A stretch of 64,000 nt of DNA from Candidatus Omnitrophota bacterium. Lineage in GTDB: Bacteria > Omnitrophota > Gorgyraeia > Zapsychrales > Fredricksoniimonadaceae. Both the position numbers and the translations under genes were made by a program. Where the stretch lies: assembly GCA_013286575.1 (NCBI GenBank), contig JABDFL010000002.1, positions 11,143-75,142 of the forward strand. Direction: 5' to 3'. Of this stretch, positions 8,347 through 17,785 are shown one piece after another. How positions within the stretch are numbered: position 1 is the first letter of the stretch; each line of letters starts with the position of its first letter. The notes beneath the pieces are model-generated. The model made no database searches and was not told where the DNA came from. It saw only the letters and a list, made by a program, of their open reading frames with translations.

Positions 8347-8966
8347 GGATCCTCTCCTTCATGGTTGCCTCTATCCCCTGCCCTGCGGTTATGTCCAAAC
8401 AAATCCCGCACTTTATTGACCAGGTCTTCAAGCTCAAATGGTTTGGCCAAATAACCGTCGGCTCCTAATTTAGTGATCTGTTCTATGGCGTCTTCATCGA
8501 TAGCGCTTGAAATAAAAAGTATTTTAACATTTTTGTTATCGGGATTGGTCCGGATACGGGAACATACCTTATATCCGTCTAAGCCGGGCATCCTGATGTC
8601 TAAAATGACTAAATTCGGTTTGAAACTTGCGAATTTCTCTCCCGCTTCAAATCCATCATAGGCCATTTCCAGATCATCAATTCCCTCTTTTATAAGCAAC
8701 CGTCGGATGGAATCAACCATGCCTTTATCGTCGTCAACGATCAAAATACGCTTTTTACCGTCAGCCTGCACGGTTAAGAATCCTTGAGGGATGGGCATAT
8801 TATATTTTTTAAGAAAATTTAAGAATTCCTCGTTGGTAACTCTACTGTGATTGCCCGGGGTCCGAAACGCTTTTAATTTACCTTCATTGATCCACTGGAT
8901 CACTGTCCGCGGGGTCACCTGGCAATGCTGGGCGATTTCATATGTTGTTAGGGTGTTCTTATACAT
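8343..8966 (-). CDS. Response regulator with N-terminal excisionase/MerR-like HTH and C-terminal receiver
   Basis: HTH: TTYEIAQHCQVTPRTVIQWINEGKLKAFRTPGNHSRV. REC: [43 protein letters not shown] overlap with the kinase start. Confidence 0.8.
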   Translation of the reverse strand: MYKNTLTTYEIAQHCQVTPRTVIQWINEGKLKAFRTPGNHSRVTNEEFLNFLKKYNMPIPQGFLTVQADGKKRILIVDDDKGMVDSIRRLLIKEGIDDLEMAYDGFEAGEKFASFKPNLVILDIRMPGLDGYKVCSRIRTNPDNKNVKILFISSAIDEDAIEQITKLGADGYLAKPFELEDLVNKVRDLFGHNRRAGDRGNHEGEDP

Positions 8967-9087
8967 ATCTTTTTCTCCATACTCTGGGTCAATCCCGCCA
9001 ACTTCCTGTATATCCTTATATTCCTGTTTCTCCTGTTTGAAGGATATCTGGTAATGGGGGGTTTGTCAAGGTAGACAGGTGAGGATA

Positions 9088-9123
9088 AAAACTAAAAAAT
9101 CTGCAAGTATATAAATTGCAGAT
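9088..9123 (-). terminator. Rho-independent terminator candidate after the TauE gene
   Basis: Minus strand reads ATCTGCAA-TTTATATAC-TTGCAGAT followed by TTTTTTAGTTTTTAT, 33 nt after the stop at 9156. The stem is short (8 bp). Confidence 0.55.
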
Positions 9124-9155
9124 ATTTATGTATTACAAAACGCTCAAAATTTAAT

Positions 9156-9881
9156 TTATTTATGCACCAGCACCAATAGGCCAATAAGTAAAATCATGCC
9201 TGAAACGATTCTTTTAAACAAATTCTCCGGAATTTTGCCTAGTGCCAATATGCCTAGCTCAGTGCCCATCAAAACACCTGCCGCGCCAAATGCTATTAAA
9301 GGCCAAATATGTAAAATATCCTTCCATTGCGTAAAAAAATAAACCGGCATACGGGCACAATCAACAGCCAGCGCGATTCCTGTGGCTGTCGCCACAAATT
9401 CTTTCCCTTTAAGATCAAAACCAAACATGGCGGCACTACGGATGCCTCCCTGATTGCCAACCAGCCCGCCAAATACACCGGATAATGCCCCGGTAATCCA
9501 AGCCGCAGCGCCGCTCAAACGCCATTTTTCTGAAATCCCTGTCATACCTGAGAATCCGGCGAAGACCAATAATAAACCAAAAATAATGGTCAAAATAACA
9601 TTCTGAAAAATATTATGGAACAAAGCACCCGTCAAGCCTCCGATGGCGCTCGTTAAACCAAAAGTAAAAAGGACTCGTTTGTTAATATATTGTTTCCACT
9701 TCCAAAATCGAAAGGCCGTGCCTAAAAAATGGACAATGGAAAGACCGGCAACGGCAATACCCGTGCCGCATTTAATGGCCAGGACAGGCGTCAATAAACT
9801 GCCAATCCCAAACCCGCAAATGGAAGCGATCCCTCCGGCTAAAATACTAACCAGGATTAAGCTGATATTAAAAATGAGCAT
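9156..9881 (-). CDS. TauE/SafE (TSUP) family anion exporter-like membrane protein
   Basis: About 8 TM helices with Gly-rich repeats GGIASICGFGIGSLLTPVLA and GGLVGNQGGIRSAAMFGF. Confidence 0.7.
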   Translation of the reverse strand: MLIFNISLILVSILAGGIASICGFGIGSLLTPVLAIKCGTGIAVAGLSIVHFLGTAFRFWKWKQYINKRVLFTFGLTSAIGGLTGALFHNIFQNVILTIIFGLLLVFAGFSGMTGISEKWRLSGAAAWITGALSGVFGGLVGNQGGIRSAAMFGFDLKGKEFVATATGIALAVDCARMPVYFFTQWKDILHIWPLIAFGAAGVLMGTELGILALGKIPENLFKRIVSGMILLIGLLVLVHK

Positions 9882-9884
9882 AAT

Positions 9885-10838
9885 TTAACCGGCACCGATA
9901 AGCCACCCTGCCAGAAAGACAAGAAGGCCGCCTACAATGACTTGAAATGAAGCGGACAAGAAAGGCGTGTCCATATACTTCCAGCGGATTAAGGAAATGA
10001 TCGATAATTCAACAACAACCACCACCATGGCAATGCTCATGGCCAAACGGAAATCATGGATCAAAAAAGGCAGGGTATGGCCAAGGCCGCCTAAGGCGGT
10101 CATGAGCCCGCAAACCAACCCGCGCAGCCAGGGAGTGCCGCGGCCGCTGAGTTTTCCATCGTCAGATAAAGCTTCGGCAAAACCCATGCTGATGCCGGCA
10201 CCGACGGATGCTGCAAGGCCCACTTTTAAAGCATCCGCGGTACTGCTTGTAGCAAAGGCGGCTGCAAATAAAGGCGCCAAGGTTGAGACAGAACCATCCA
10301 TGAGCCCTGCAAGGCCCGGCTGGACAATATGCAATACAAATTGCCTCCGCGCCACATTCTGTTCAATACCCACTTCACCGGCAGCCGCTTGGGCGTCATT
10401 GATTTGCTCGGCCACTGCCTCATGCCTGCCTTCCTCATGGGCGAGGTCCCCTAAAAGCTGGCGCACCGCGGCATCCTTGGACTTCTCGGCCGCAGCTTCA
10501 TAAAATCTGCGCGCATCCACTTCCATTAAAGCCGCTTGCTCACGCGCCTTTTCAGGACGCAAGGTGCGCACCAGCCACGAAGTACGCGGCACCATAAAAC
10601 CCTTCACATCCTGCCTGCGGACAAGCGGGATATGCTCGCCGAATTTCTTTTGATACAATTCAATCAAACGATGGCGATGACCGGACTCTTCATCCGCCAT
10701 GCGGTCAAAAAGTTCTGCTGTCGCCGGAAAATTTTTACGCAGCTCCTGGGCAAAATCACGGTAGATACGCCCGTCTTCTTCCTCGGCGGTGATGGCTAAA
10801 GCCAATAATTGGGATTCATTGAGATCGCAAAAACGCAT
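9885..10838 (-). CDS. mbfA: Membrane-bound ferritin-type iron exporter (erythrin domain fused to VIT1/CCC1 domain)
   Basis: N-terminal di-iron ExxH motifs ([40 protein letters not shown]). C-terminal VIT1 membrane domain ([33 protein letters not shown]). Confidence 0.7.
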   Translation of the reverse strand: MRFCDLNESQLLALAITAEEEDGRIYRDFAQELRKNFPATAELFDRMADEESGHRHRLIELYQKKFGEHIPLVRRQDVKGFMVPRTSWLVRTLRPEKAREQAALMEVDARRFYEAAAEKSKDAAVRQLLGDLAHEEGRHEAVAEQINDAQAAAGEVGIEQNVARRQFVLHIVQPGLAGLMDGSVSTLAPLFAAAFATSSTADALKVGLAASVGAGISMGFAEALSDDGKLSGRGTPWLRGLVCGLMTALGGLGHTLPFLIHDFRLAMSIAMVVVVVELSIISLIRWKYMDTPFLSASFQVIVGGLLVFLAGWLIGAG

Positions 10839-10841
10839 AGT

Positions 10842-11636
10842 TTAATCATCCATTCCAAGGGTGCCTTGGGCTGCGATTGTTCCGGCGGCAGTGGCTCTAC
10901 CTTTCAAGATCCATTCAAAGAAAACTCCAATCAACGCTCCCAACAGAGGCCCAAGCACATAAATCCATGACGTGCTTAAATCACCGCGAACTAAATCAGG
11001 AGCTAATGACCGTATGGGATTCATCGATGCACCGCTTATAGGAGAGGCCCAAAGCCCCGCTAAAATGATATAACCTCCTACAGCAATAGCACCATTGCTG
11101 CCGATATTGCGCGCGCCTGATGCTGTGCCTAAAATTGTATTGACCAGCCCTGCCGTCAAAAGGACTTCCATGGCCAATGCCCTTGCATCATCAATACCGT
11201 TTCCCGGAACAGTTGCCCCCAGATGTCCAACCGTACCAAACATGAACTTAAGAAATAAAGCCGCTGTAACACCGCCGATGATTTGGGCAAAAATATAATT
11301 AGGCACCCGACTCCAGGGAAAATTACGGCGTAAGGCAAAGGCCAGGGTGACTGCCGGATTCAAATGGGCTCCGCTCACCTCTCCCATAAAATAAATAATA
11401 GCCATGACCATAAGACCGGGTGCGGTCACTGCCATCGCCTGCGTGACGACACCTTTGCTGATGACAACCATCATGGCACCACCCGCCGCAACCACCACCA
11501 GCAAGAATGTTCCCCAAACTTCAGAAAAAATACGCCGCCATTCAAAAGTCGGGTCCAAAAAATCCGGAGACACTGCTTTATGCAGCATCCGCCTCTTTTG
11601 TGATGGATCCAATCCTTCTTTATGGAGTGATTTCAT
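10842..11636 (-). CDS. MIP-family channel (aquaporin/aquaglyceroporin)
   Basis: Two NPA boxes (VSGAHLNPAVTLAFA; ISGASMNPIRSLAPD) and six TM. Start moved to ATG 11634-11636 (MKSLHKEG...), 1 nt after the uppP stop; the longer ORF would overlap uppP. Confidence 0.85.
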   Translation of the reverse strand: MKSLHKEGLDPSQKRRMLHKAVSPDFLDPTFEWRRIFSEVWGTFLLVVVAAGGAMMVVISKGVVTQAMAVTAPGLMVMAIIYFMGEVSGAHLNPAVTLAFALRRNFPWSRVPNYIFAQIIGGVTAALFLKFMFGTVGHLGATVPGNGIDDARALAMEVLLTAGLVNTILGTASGARNIGSNGAIAVGGYIILAGLWASPISGASMNPIRSLAPDLVRGDLSTSWIYVLGPLLGALIGVFFEWILKGRATAAGTIAAQGTLGMDD

Positions 11637-11637
11637 A

Positions 11638-12504
11638 CTATAATCCCTGGCAATACAGGAAATATATGACCACTGAAGCGCACAGACAATAAATACCGAA
11701 TAAATACCAGCGGCCATTCTCCAGCCAACTGGAAAGCCATTTAAGAGCGAGAAGTCCGGAAATAAAACTTAACACCATACCAATGATGCTTGGTAAAAAC
11801 AGTCCTAGAACATTTGCCCCATGATGAGCATAGGCATGCTGCGCCTTCAGAAATCTTAGGCCTTCCATCAAAATAACCGGTGGCGTCAAAATAACAGCAA
11901 GGGCAAAACTAAAATCTTCCAACTTTCTTTTCTCAATACCTAAAATAAGCCCTGTCGATATCGTTGCCCCTGAACGCGAAAATCCCCGAAAGGGCAAGCA
12001 GATACCTTGCACCAATCCGATCAAACAAGCAGCTTTAAAATCTAAAGGGAATTTCTGTTTTGATGCCCCGCCTTCAATATACCCTGCCCAAAGTATCAAA
12101 ATACCGACGGCCCCAAGCGCCGCTGCCATCAAAGGCAAATTGCCGAAAAGCAATTCGATTTCAGGATGAGAAACGCCTTTTAATATCACTTTCTCAATTA
12201 AAATTTTTAAGAATAGGCCGACTAAAACTGTCGCTGCTGTTGCGGCGATGATCAGTTTTACCGATTCCCGGAAAACTTTTTGCGACCTGAAAAAATTGGC
12301 TTTCCATGAATTCCAGAAAAAAACAATGACCGCCAGCATCGTACCCGTGTGCAGCATGACCAACAAAAGCGTCATCTGGGGACTGGACGGGTTAAGACCC
12401 ATTAATTTTTCGGCAACGATCACATGGGCTGAGCTTGAAACGGGCAATAATTCAGCGGCCCCTTGAATGACAGCCAGGACCAAAATTTTTAATAAGAATT
12501 CCAT
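11638..12504 (-). CDS. uppP: Undecaprenyl-diphosphate phosphatase
   Basis: BacA/UppP motifs AELLPVSSSAHVIV and FRGFSRSGATISTGL; polytopic membrane protein of typical length (288 aa). Confidence 0.9.
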   Translation of the reverse strand: MEFLLKILVLAVIQGAAELLPVSSSAHVIVAEKLMGLNPSSPQMTLLLVMLHTGTMLAVIVFFWNSWKANFFRSQKVFRESVKLIIAATAATVLVGLFLKILIEKVILKGVSHPEIELLFGNLPLMAAALGAVGILILWAGYIEGGASKQKFPLDFKAACLIGLVQGICLPFRGFSRSGATISTGLILGIEKRKLEDFSFALAVILTPPVILMEGLRFLKAQHAYAHHGANVLGLFLPSIIGMVLSFISGLLALKWLSSWLENGRWYLFGIYCLCASVVIYFLYCQGL

Positions 12505-12531
12505 TTAAAAATTATACCTCAATTCTCTAAA

Positions 12532-14142
12532 TTATTTTCTAGAAATAAAAAAAGTTACGACTGAAAGAAAAATAATTTCAACTGCAGCGTAAACGATAAG
12601 GCCCGTAGCAATACCGGAGGTAAAGCCGTAGGAGTGAAGGCCTACACTTAAAAGATTCACCCCAAACCAGGCCCACATCACCACCATCATGCCGATGACA
12701 GCACCGACGGCAAGGCCCCGCGGACCTATCATCTGGGCGAATTTGGCATGGAAAAGTATCGCTGTCCAAAGAACAATCATCAGGGCCCCGTTTTCTTTAG
12801 GGTCCCAACCCCAGAACCTGCCCCAGCTTTGGTCAGCCCAAATACCGCCGAGATTGGTGCCCAGGAAGGTCAGGCATAGCGCCACCCCTAAAATACCAAG
12901 GGTTGTTTTGTAGGTCTTATCTAAAGTCTCATTGTCTTTTTTAAAAACAGCCTGCAGCAGCCACATATGCCCCAGAAGGCCGCCGACACAGGTGGCGGCA
13001 TAGCCCATAGTTATCGTTGTCACATGGGTGGCCAGCCAAAAATTGGAATTGAGCACGGCAACAAGCACCTTCAGGGTGTCGCCTTCAGCGCTGTATTTAT
13101 TTGCAATAAACAACAACGCCGTCCCGCTGATGGCTGCTGTGACAATACCCAACCATTGCCGGTTGTAATACTCAATCAAAAGCCCCAAAAAGACGGCAAT
13201 GAGTCCGACAAAGATAAATGTCTCATAAAGGCTGGACACCGGCGGCCGGGCCATGATGATAATACGCATCAGAAGGCCCAGGATGTGCGGGATAAAACCT
13301 GCAACAACGCTGAGCAAACCGAGATTATACCAAAGCGGTTTTGATGAGCTAAAGGAGATCACGAAAAAGATAAAGGCGAACATATAAAACATAATGGACC
13401 AGCTGAAAGGACTGCTGGCCTGGTAAAACAACTCCAATGGAAATTTATCTACTTTTTGAATGTCTTCTTTAGACAACGAATAGCGAATGCTGTTAAGATA
13501 CGAATGTGCTGCCCTGTTAAACGCCGCATCATTGCCCTGCTTGTAACTGACAGCCATGTCTCTCCAAAGCATGATCAGCCGGCGTGTTTGCTCATTACCA
13601 AAATCTTTTGTCACCGCGTCCCAGATGTTAAACCATTCCTCACCCTTGCTGGAAGGGATCACGGTAAAAAAACTTAAAAAATCCGTGTAAAGGGCGACAT
13701 TACCGGACACCCTGACGATTTCATTTTCAGCCAGGCTGCGTTCTTTCTCAGGGATTTTTTCTGCTGCCTGGTCGAGTTTGATCAACTGCTGATAGCTTTT
13801 CTGTAATTGGGCAGGACTATAGCGCCTGTCCTGCTGTAGTGTGATCCCCAAAGCTTGCGGGATATCAGGATTATTGATCAGAAAAATCCTGTCATTAAGG
13901 GTTGCCGCAGGATCAAAAAACAGCGACGCAAGCCAGACAGAGGCTTCCTGATTGGCATAATGGTCCTTGCCTGAAAATTGCGTCAGCAAATTGCGGGCAA
14001 AGGTATCAAGGGGCTTAAGGCGGCCATTATCAAGGACAGGGATTTTCTTAAAATTACTGAAATCTTTAATGCCCGGCTGGGCAAAAGCCGCCTCCCCCCA
14101 AAATAAGCATAAGGCTAAAATAAAACATACTTTTATTTTCAT
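12532..14142 (-). CDS. ccsA: Cytochrome c biogenesis protein CcsA (System II heme handling)
   Basis: Trp-rich heme-handling motif WGRFWGWDPKENGALM in a C-terminal polytopic core. Start at MKIKVCFILALC... (ATG 14140-14142), giving an ATGA overlap with ccsB. Confidence 0.8.
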   Translation of the reverse strand: MKIKVCFILALCLFWGEAAFAQPGIKDFSNFKKIPVLDNGRLKPLDTFARNLLTQFSGKDHYANQEASVWLASLFFDPAATLNDRIFLINNPDIPQALGITLQQDRRYSPAQLQKSYQQLIKLDQAAEKIPEKERSLAENEIVRVSGNVALYTDFLSFFTVIPSSKGEEWFNIWDAVTKDFGNEQTRRLIMLWRDMAVSYKQGNDAAFNRAAHSYLNSIRYSLSKEDIQKVDKFPLELFYQASSPFSWSIMFYMFAFIFFVISFSSSKPLWYNLGLLSVVAGFIPHILGLLMRIIIMARPPVSSLYETFIFVGLIAVFLGLLIEYYNRQWLGIVTAAISGTALLFIANKYSAEGDTLKVLVAVLNSNFWLATHVTTITMGYAATCVGGLLGHMWLLQAVFKKDNETLDKTYKTTLGILGVALCLTFLGTNLGGIWADQSWGRFWGWDPKENGALMIVLWTAILFHAKFAQMIGPRGLAVGAVIGMMVVMWAWFGVNLLSVGLHSYGFTSGIATGLIVYAAVEIIFLSVVTFFISRK

Positions 14143-14876
14143 AAACGGGCCTTTGCCATCAATGCTTGAATAAGAAAATGCAGGGCCAGCCCCAGAAAAA
14201 CGACAAAACACGCTAAATACGGCAAGACCCTGGCGAAATTCTTGACCACGGCCAGGGTCGAGTGCTGCCTTCCTGTGCTGTCGGTATCATAAGAAGCCTG
14301 GTAGATGGTGTAATCTTTGTATCTTAAAGGGTTATTCATATAAATACGCACCTGGCGCTGTAATGAACCCGTGGTGATGGTGACCAAGCTTTCAAAACTA
14401 CGGGCCACATCGGTGCCCGGATGAAACTCTGCTTTAAAATGGTCTAATCTGAGCGTGAACGGCAACGGGAACTGTTTAAAAACCGGACGATCAGTGACAG
14501 AGATATCCGTTGACTCACCTTCTGCCAAACGTATGCTGGATTCCTGGGCAAAATGAAAAATCATGAAGGCTGCGACAAAATATAAAATAAGGCCCAAATG
14601 GATAAGAAGAAGCCCTACGTTGGTCCATTGGGTATATTTTTTGAAAGTCACGATCAGCGAGGAGATCAAATTAACAAAGAGCACCCAAAGGACCAGCTGT
14701 GCTCCGGGAAAAGGGATGAATCCGGCGGCCATAAAGAAAAAAGAACTAAAATAGCGCCCCTGGGCCGCATATAAGCCATGCTGGACCTGGGCAATGGTGC
14801 CCCAAAAAGTCAGGATAAAAAGCAGAAATAAACAGGCAACCGTGATACGCACTGAACTTAAGAATTTAATCATCAT
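14139..14876 (-). CDS. ccsB: ResB/CcsB-like cytochrome c biogenesis protein, unusually short (245 aa)
   Basis: N-terminal TM SVRITVACLFLLFILTFWGTIAQ, conserved MNNPLRYKDYTIYQASY, C-terminal TM. Adjacent to and overlapping ccsA. Start MMIKFLSS gives an ATGA overlap with the upstream gene. Confidence 0.65.
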   Translation of the reverse strand: MMIKFLSSVRITVACLFLLFILTFWGTIAQVQHGLYAAQGRYFSSFFFMAAGFIPFPGAQLVLWVLFVNLISSLIVTFKKYTQWTNVGLLLIHLGLILYFVAAFMIFHFAQESSIRLAEGESTDISVTDRPVFKQFPLPFTLRLDHFKAEFHPGTDVARSFESLVTITTGSLQRQVRIYMNNPLRYKDYTIYQASYDTDSTGRQHSTLAVVKNFARVLPYLACFVVFLGLALHFLIQALMAKARL

Positions 14877-15478
14877 TTTATATACGCCCTGATTCCCCAA
14901 TCTACAATAAAATCATCAGACACCAAAACACCCCCCTGGTCAAGGTACTTGTTCCAAATAATATTAAAATCCTTGCGGTTGATGACCCAGCGGCCCCTGA
15001 TCTCAAGTATCTTTCGTTTGGTCTCTTCATCAATTGCAATTCCTGCCTTGAAAGGAAAAAGCATTCTCCTTTTTATCCCACGCATTTCCAAAACACCTTC
15101 GACTTTATAACCACTGCCATCCCGGATGATTTTATCGCTTTTAAAAATGATCTTAGGGTATCGTCTGGCATATAACAATCTTCTTGAAAGGGCCAATCTG
15201 TCATACCTCGGATGTTCCGACTTAATACTGGCGGCTGTTATGTTTAAATAAACTGACCTGACCTGCCGGGAGTTTTCATCCCAAATGACCTGTCCTTTAA
15301 AATCTTTAAAGTGGGCGGTATAATTACCCAAAGCGAGGTACTTGATCGACCCTTCTATTTTAGTTTCACGGGGCCCAAAAGTGATGCTTTCATCGGCACA
15401 AGATGGGGGCATGCCTGCGCCAAGCAAAAGAATGGCGCCAATAAAAATAGCCCGGAATTTATTCTTTCTTTCTAACAT
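14873..15478 (-). CDS. YceI-like periplasmic protein
   Basis: Signal peptide, then LGNYTAHFKDFKGQVIWD, YPKIIFKSDKI, YKVEGVLEMRGIKR. Alternative ATG at 15499. Confidence 0.6.
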   Translation of the reverse strand: MLERKNKFRAIFIGAILLLGAGMPPSCADESITFGPRETKIEGSIKYLALGNYTAHFKDFKGQVIWDENSRQVRSVYLNITAASIKSEHPRYDRLALSRRLLYARRYPKIIFKSDKIIRDGSGYKVEGVLEMRGIKRRMLFPFKAGIAIDEETKRKILEIRGRWVINRKDFNIIWNKYLDQGGVLVSDDFIVDWGIRAYIK

Positions 15479-15520
15479 ATGCCCCTGCGCCCCCTCCATT
15501 CAAACTTAAAATTTCAATGC

Positions 15521-15548
15521 TTAGTATACAGAAATATTCTGATATAAT
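15521..15548 (+). promoter_or_regulatory. Candidate sigma70-type promoter for the CNNM/CorB gene
   Basis: TTAGTA (15521-26), 16 nt spacer, TATAAT (15543-48). SD AAGGGGA precedes ATG 15580. AT-rich divergent intergenic region. Confidence 0.4.
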
Positions 15549-15579
15549 AATTAAAAATTTCTATTAAGGGGAATATTTA

Positions 15580-16899
15580 ATGGATTTCATAAACGAATTA
15601 CTGATCATCCTTGTCATGATTAGCCTCAATGCTGTTTTTGCCGGCTATGAAATGGCCCTGGCCTCTATCTCACGGACCAAGCTCACCTATTTAGTGGAAA
15701 CCGGAAAAAAAGGGGCCACTGAGGCTTTATTCATGAAAGACCGCATGGAAGCAAGCCTGGCCGCGGTGCAATTAGGGGTCACCCTTGTCGGGTCCATCGC
15801 TGCGGCCATTGGCGGCGCCGGTGTCACGGAAGCGCTTAACCCTTATTTTGAAAAGACCCTGGGGCTTTCCAAAGCAATAGCGGAAGCTTTGAGCCTGGCT
15901 GCCCTGGTCATCCCTTTAAGCTCCTTTACCATCATCTTCGCCGAACTTATCCCTAAGACCTATGCCCTTAAGAATAATGAATGGGTTATCCTGAAACTGT
16001 CAAAAACGATGCTCTATTTTACCTATATCGCCTATCCCGCTATTTCTGCCCTGGAAAACATCGTTAAAGCTGCCAATAAATTCATCAGCAAAAGATTGCC
16101 GAATAACAGCTCGGTTGCTGACACGCAAAGCAGCCTGCACGAACTTACAGCTGCCCTGGCCTTGGCCAGGACTTCGCGGTTAATCGATGCCCAACAGGAA
16201 AAAATCGTCATGTCTGCCGCCCAACTTTCCTTAAGGCCGATCAAGGACATTACGATCTCCATTGCCGATATCTGCATGATCCCGCAAAACAGCACCCTGG
16301 CAGACGCCCTGATCCTGGCCCATCTGGACATGCACACGCGCTTTCCTGTTTGTGAAAACATTAAAGATCCCCAAACGATCCTGGGGTATATTAATTTCAA
16401 AGATATTATCGCGGCACTTAAAATCAATCCGGAAGACCCGACGATCAAAGGCACCATCCGTCCCATTATAAAATTTATGGATTCGACGCCAATTTCAAAA
16501 GTATTGGAACGGATGATCCAGGAAAAACTCCACATTGCGCTGGTTGAAAATGCCCAAAAGCAAATCATCGGCATGATCACCCAGGAAGATATCATTGAAG
16601 AATTAGTCGGAGAAATCGAAGATGAATTCGACCGCCTTCCCAACCATATCCATCCCTACGGCAATCAATGGCTGGTGGGTGGAGCGGTCACCATGTCTGC
16701 GCTGGCCAAAACACTGGGAGGCGACCGGACGCTGTTTGGCGGCAACGAAAACGATTTAAAATTAGCGGATTGGTGCCAACGGCAATCGTCAAAACCTTTC
16801 AATGGCGGTGAGGTCATCTCCGGAAACGGTTTTCAGGTCACCGTCAGAAAATTAAGAAGAAAGAAAATCAGTGAGGCATTTGTAACTAAAAGCACCTAA
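15580..16899 (+). CDS. CNNM/CorB-type divalent-cation transporter (DUF21 + CBS pair + CorC_HlyC)
   Basis: DUF21 TM domain LLIILVMISLNAVFAGYEMALASISRTKL; CBS region ending IIGMITQEDIIEELVGEIEDEFD. Confidence 0.8.
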   Translation: MDFINELLIILVMISLNAVFAGYEMALASISRTKLTYLVETGKKGATEALFMKDRMEASLAAVQLGVTLVGSIAAAIGGAGVTEALNPYFEKTLGLSKAIAEALSLAALVIPLSSFTIIFAELIPKTYALKNNEWVILKLSKTMLYFTYIAYPAISALENIVKAANKFISKRLPNNSSVADTQSSLHELTAALALARTSRLIDAQQEKIVMSAAQLSLRPIKDITISIADICMIPQNSTLADALILAHLDMHTRFPVCENIKDPQTILGYINFKDIIAALKINPEDPTIKGTIRPIIKFMDSTPISKVLERMIQEKLHIALVENAQKQIIGMITQEDIIEELVGEIEDEFDRLPNHIHPYGNQWLVGGAVTMSALAKTLGGDRTLFGGNENDLKLADWCQRQSSKPFNGGEVISGNGFQVTVRKLRRKKISEAFVTKST

Positions 16900-16904
16900 G
16901 AAAT

Positions 16905-17636
16905 TTACTTCTTTCTTAGCACCTTTTGCTGGTTTTTATGGCGGTATTGGGTGGGGCTGAGCTTCATCATCTTTTCAAAAATACGGATAAACGATTCTAA
17001 ATTCTGATATCCAAAACGGTTCGCGATTTCCGTGACGGTGTAATCCGAATTTTTCAAAAGTTCACAGGCCTGGGCGATCTTGACGGAAAGCCGGTACTCA
17101 TTAAATCCCTGCCCGGCGATTTCTTTAAAAATCCGGCTGAAATATTTTGGACTTAAATAAACCTGCCCTGCCACATCCTGCAGGGTAATTTTCTTGTCAA
17201 AATTGCGTTCAATGAATTGCTTGGCCTGCTCAATTTTGGCATGGATACCGTGAGTATAGGTAAAGCCCTTCCGGGCTTTTACAGCAAGGGTGGATTGGAT
17301 TATTTCCAGGAATTTACCGGGATTGACAGGCTTCTCAATATAATCATCAGCGCGGCCTTTGAGGGCATCAATGGCAATGTCCTTGCTGCTCTGGCCGGTC
17401 AGCATGATGATGGCAAGGCCGGGCTTGATTTTCTTGATTTCCCGCAATACTTCCGTTCCTGATACCTGCGGCATGACAGCATCAAGGATCACCAGATCAA
17501 TAGCATTGGGTTTTCTTAATATAGCCAGGGCTTGCGGCCCATTGGCTGCTTCTATAACAGTATACCCCTCCAGGCAATCCCGCAGTTCTTCGCGGAAGTC
17601 CGCATCGTCATCCACCATTAAAATTTGATACGCCAT
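16905..17636 (-). CDS. Response regulator with AraC-type HTH output
   Basis: REC: QILMVDDDADF, DLVILDAVMPQVSG, IIMLTGQSS, DYIEKPV. AraC HTH: ITLQDVAGQVYLSPKYFSRIFKE and YTVTEIANRFGYQNLESFIRIFEK. Confidence 0.85.
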   Translation of the reverse strand: MAYQILMVDDDADFREELRDCLEGYTVIEAANGPQALAILRKPNAIDLVILDAVMPQVSGTEVLREIKKIKPGLAIIMLTGQSSKDIAIDALKGRADDYIEKPVNPGKFLEIIQSTLAVKARKGFTYTHGIHAKIEQAKQFIERNFDKKITLQDVAGQVYLSPKYFSRIFKEIAGQGFNEYRLSVKIAQACELLKNSDYTVTEIANRFGYQNLESFIRIFEKMMKLSPTQYRHKNQQKVLRKK

Positions 17637-17725
17637 AAATCAAGTATACTCATATCTGCTTTTGAAACAAGCAAAAAAACCCGGCCCCAAGATGTCGAAA
17701 GTGGATGCGCTTACTTGAAATAAGG

Positions 17726-17757
17726 AACCCAGCCTCATTGCGAGGCTGGGTTTTTTC
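17726..17757. terminator. GC-rich hairpin between two minus-strand response-regulator genes
   Basis: AACCCAGCCTC-ATTGC-GAGGCTGGGTTTTTT. The T6 run is on the plus strand; the minus strand has only TTCCTTATTTC after the stem. It lies 29 nt downstream of the stop at 17786. Confidence 0.45.
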
Positions 17758-17785
17758 GACGAGAACTGGTTTGTACCATTACTGT

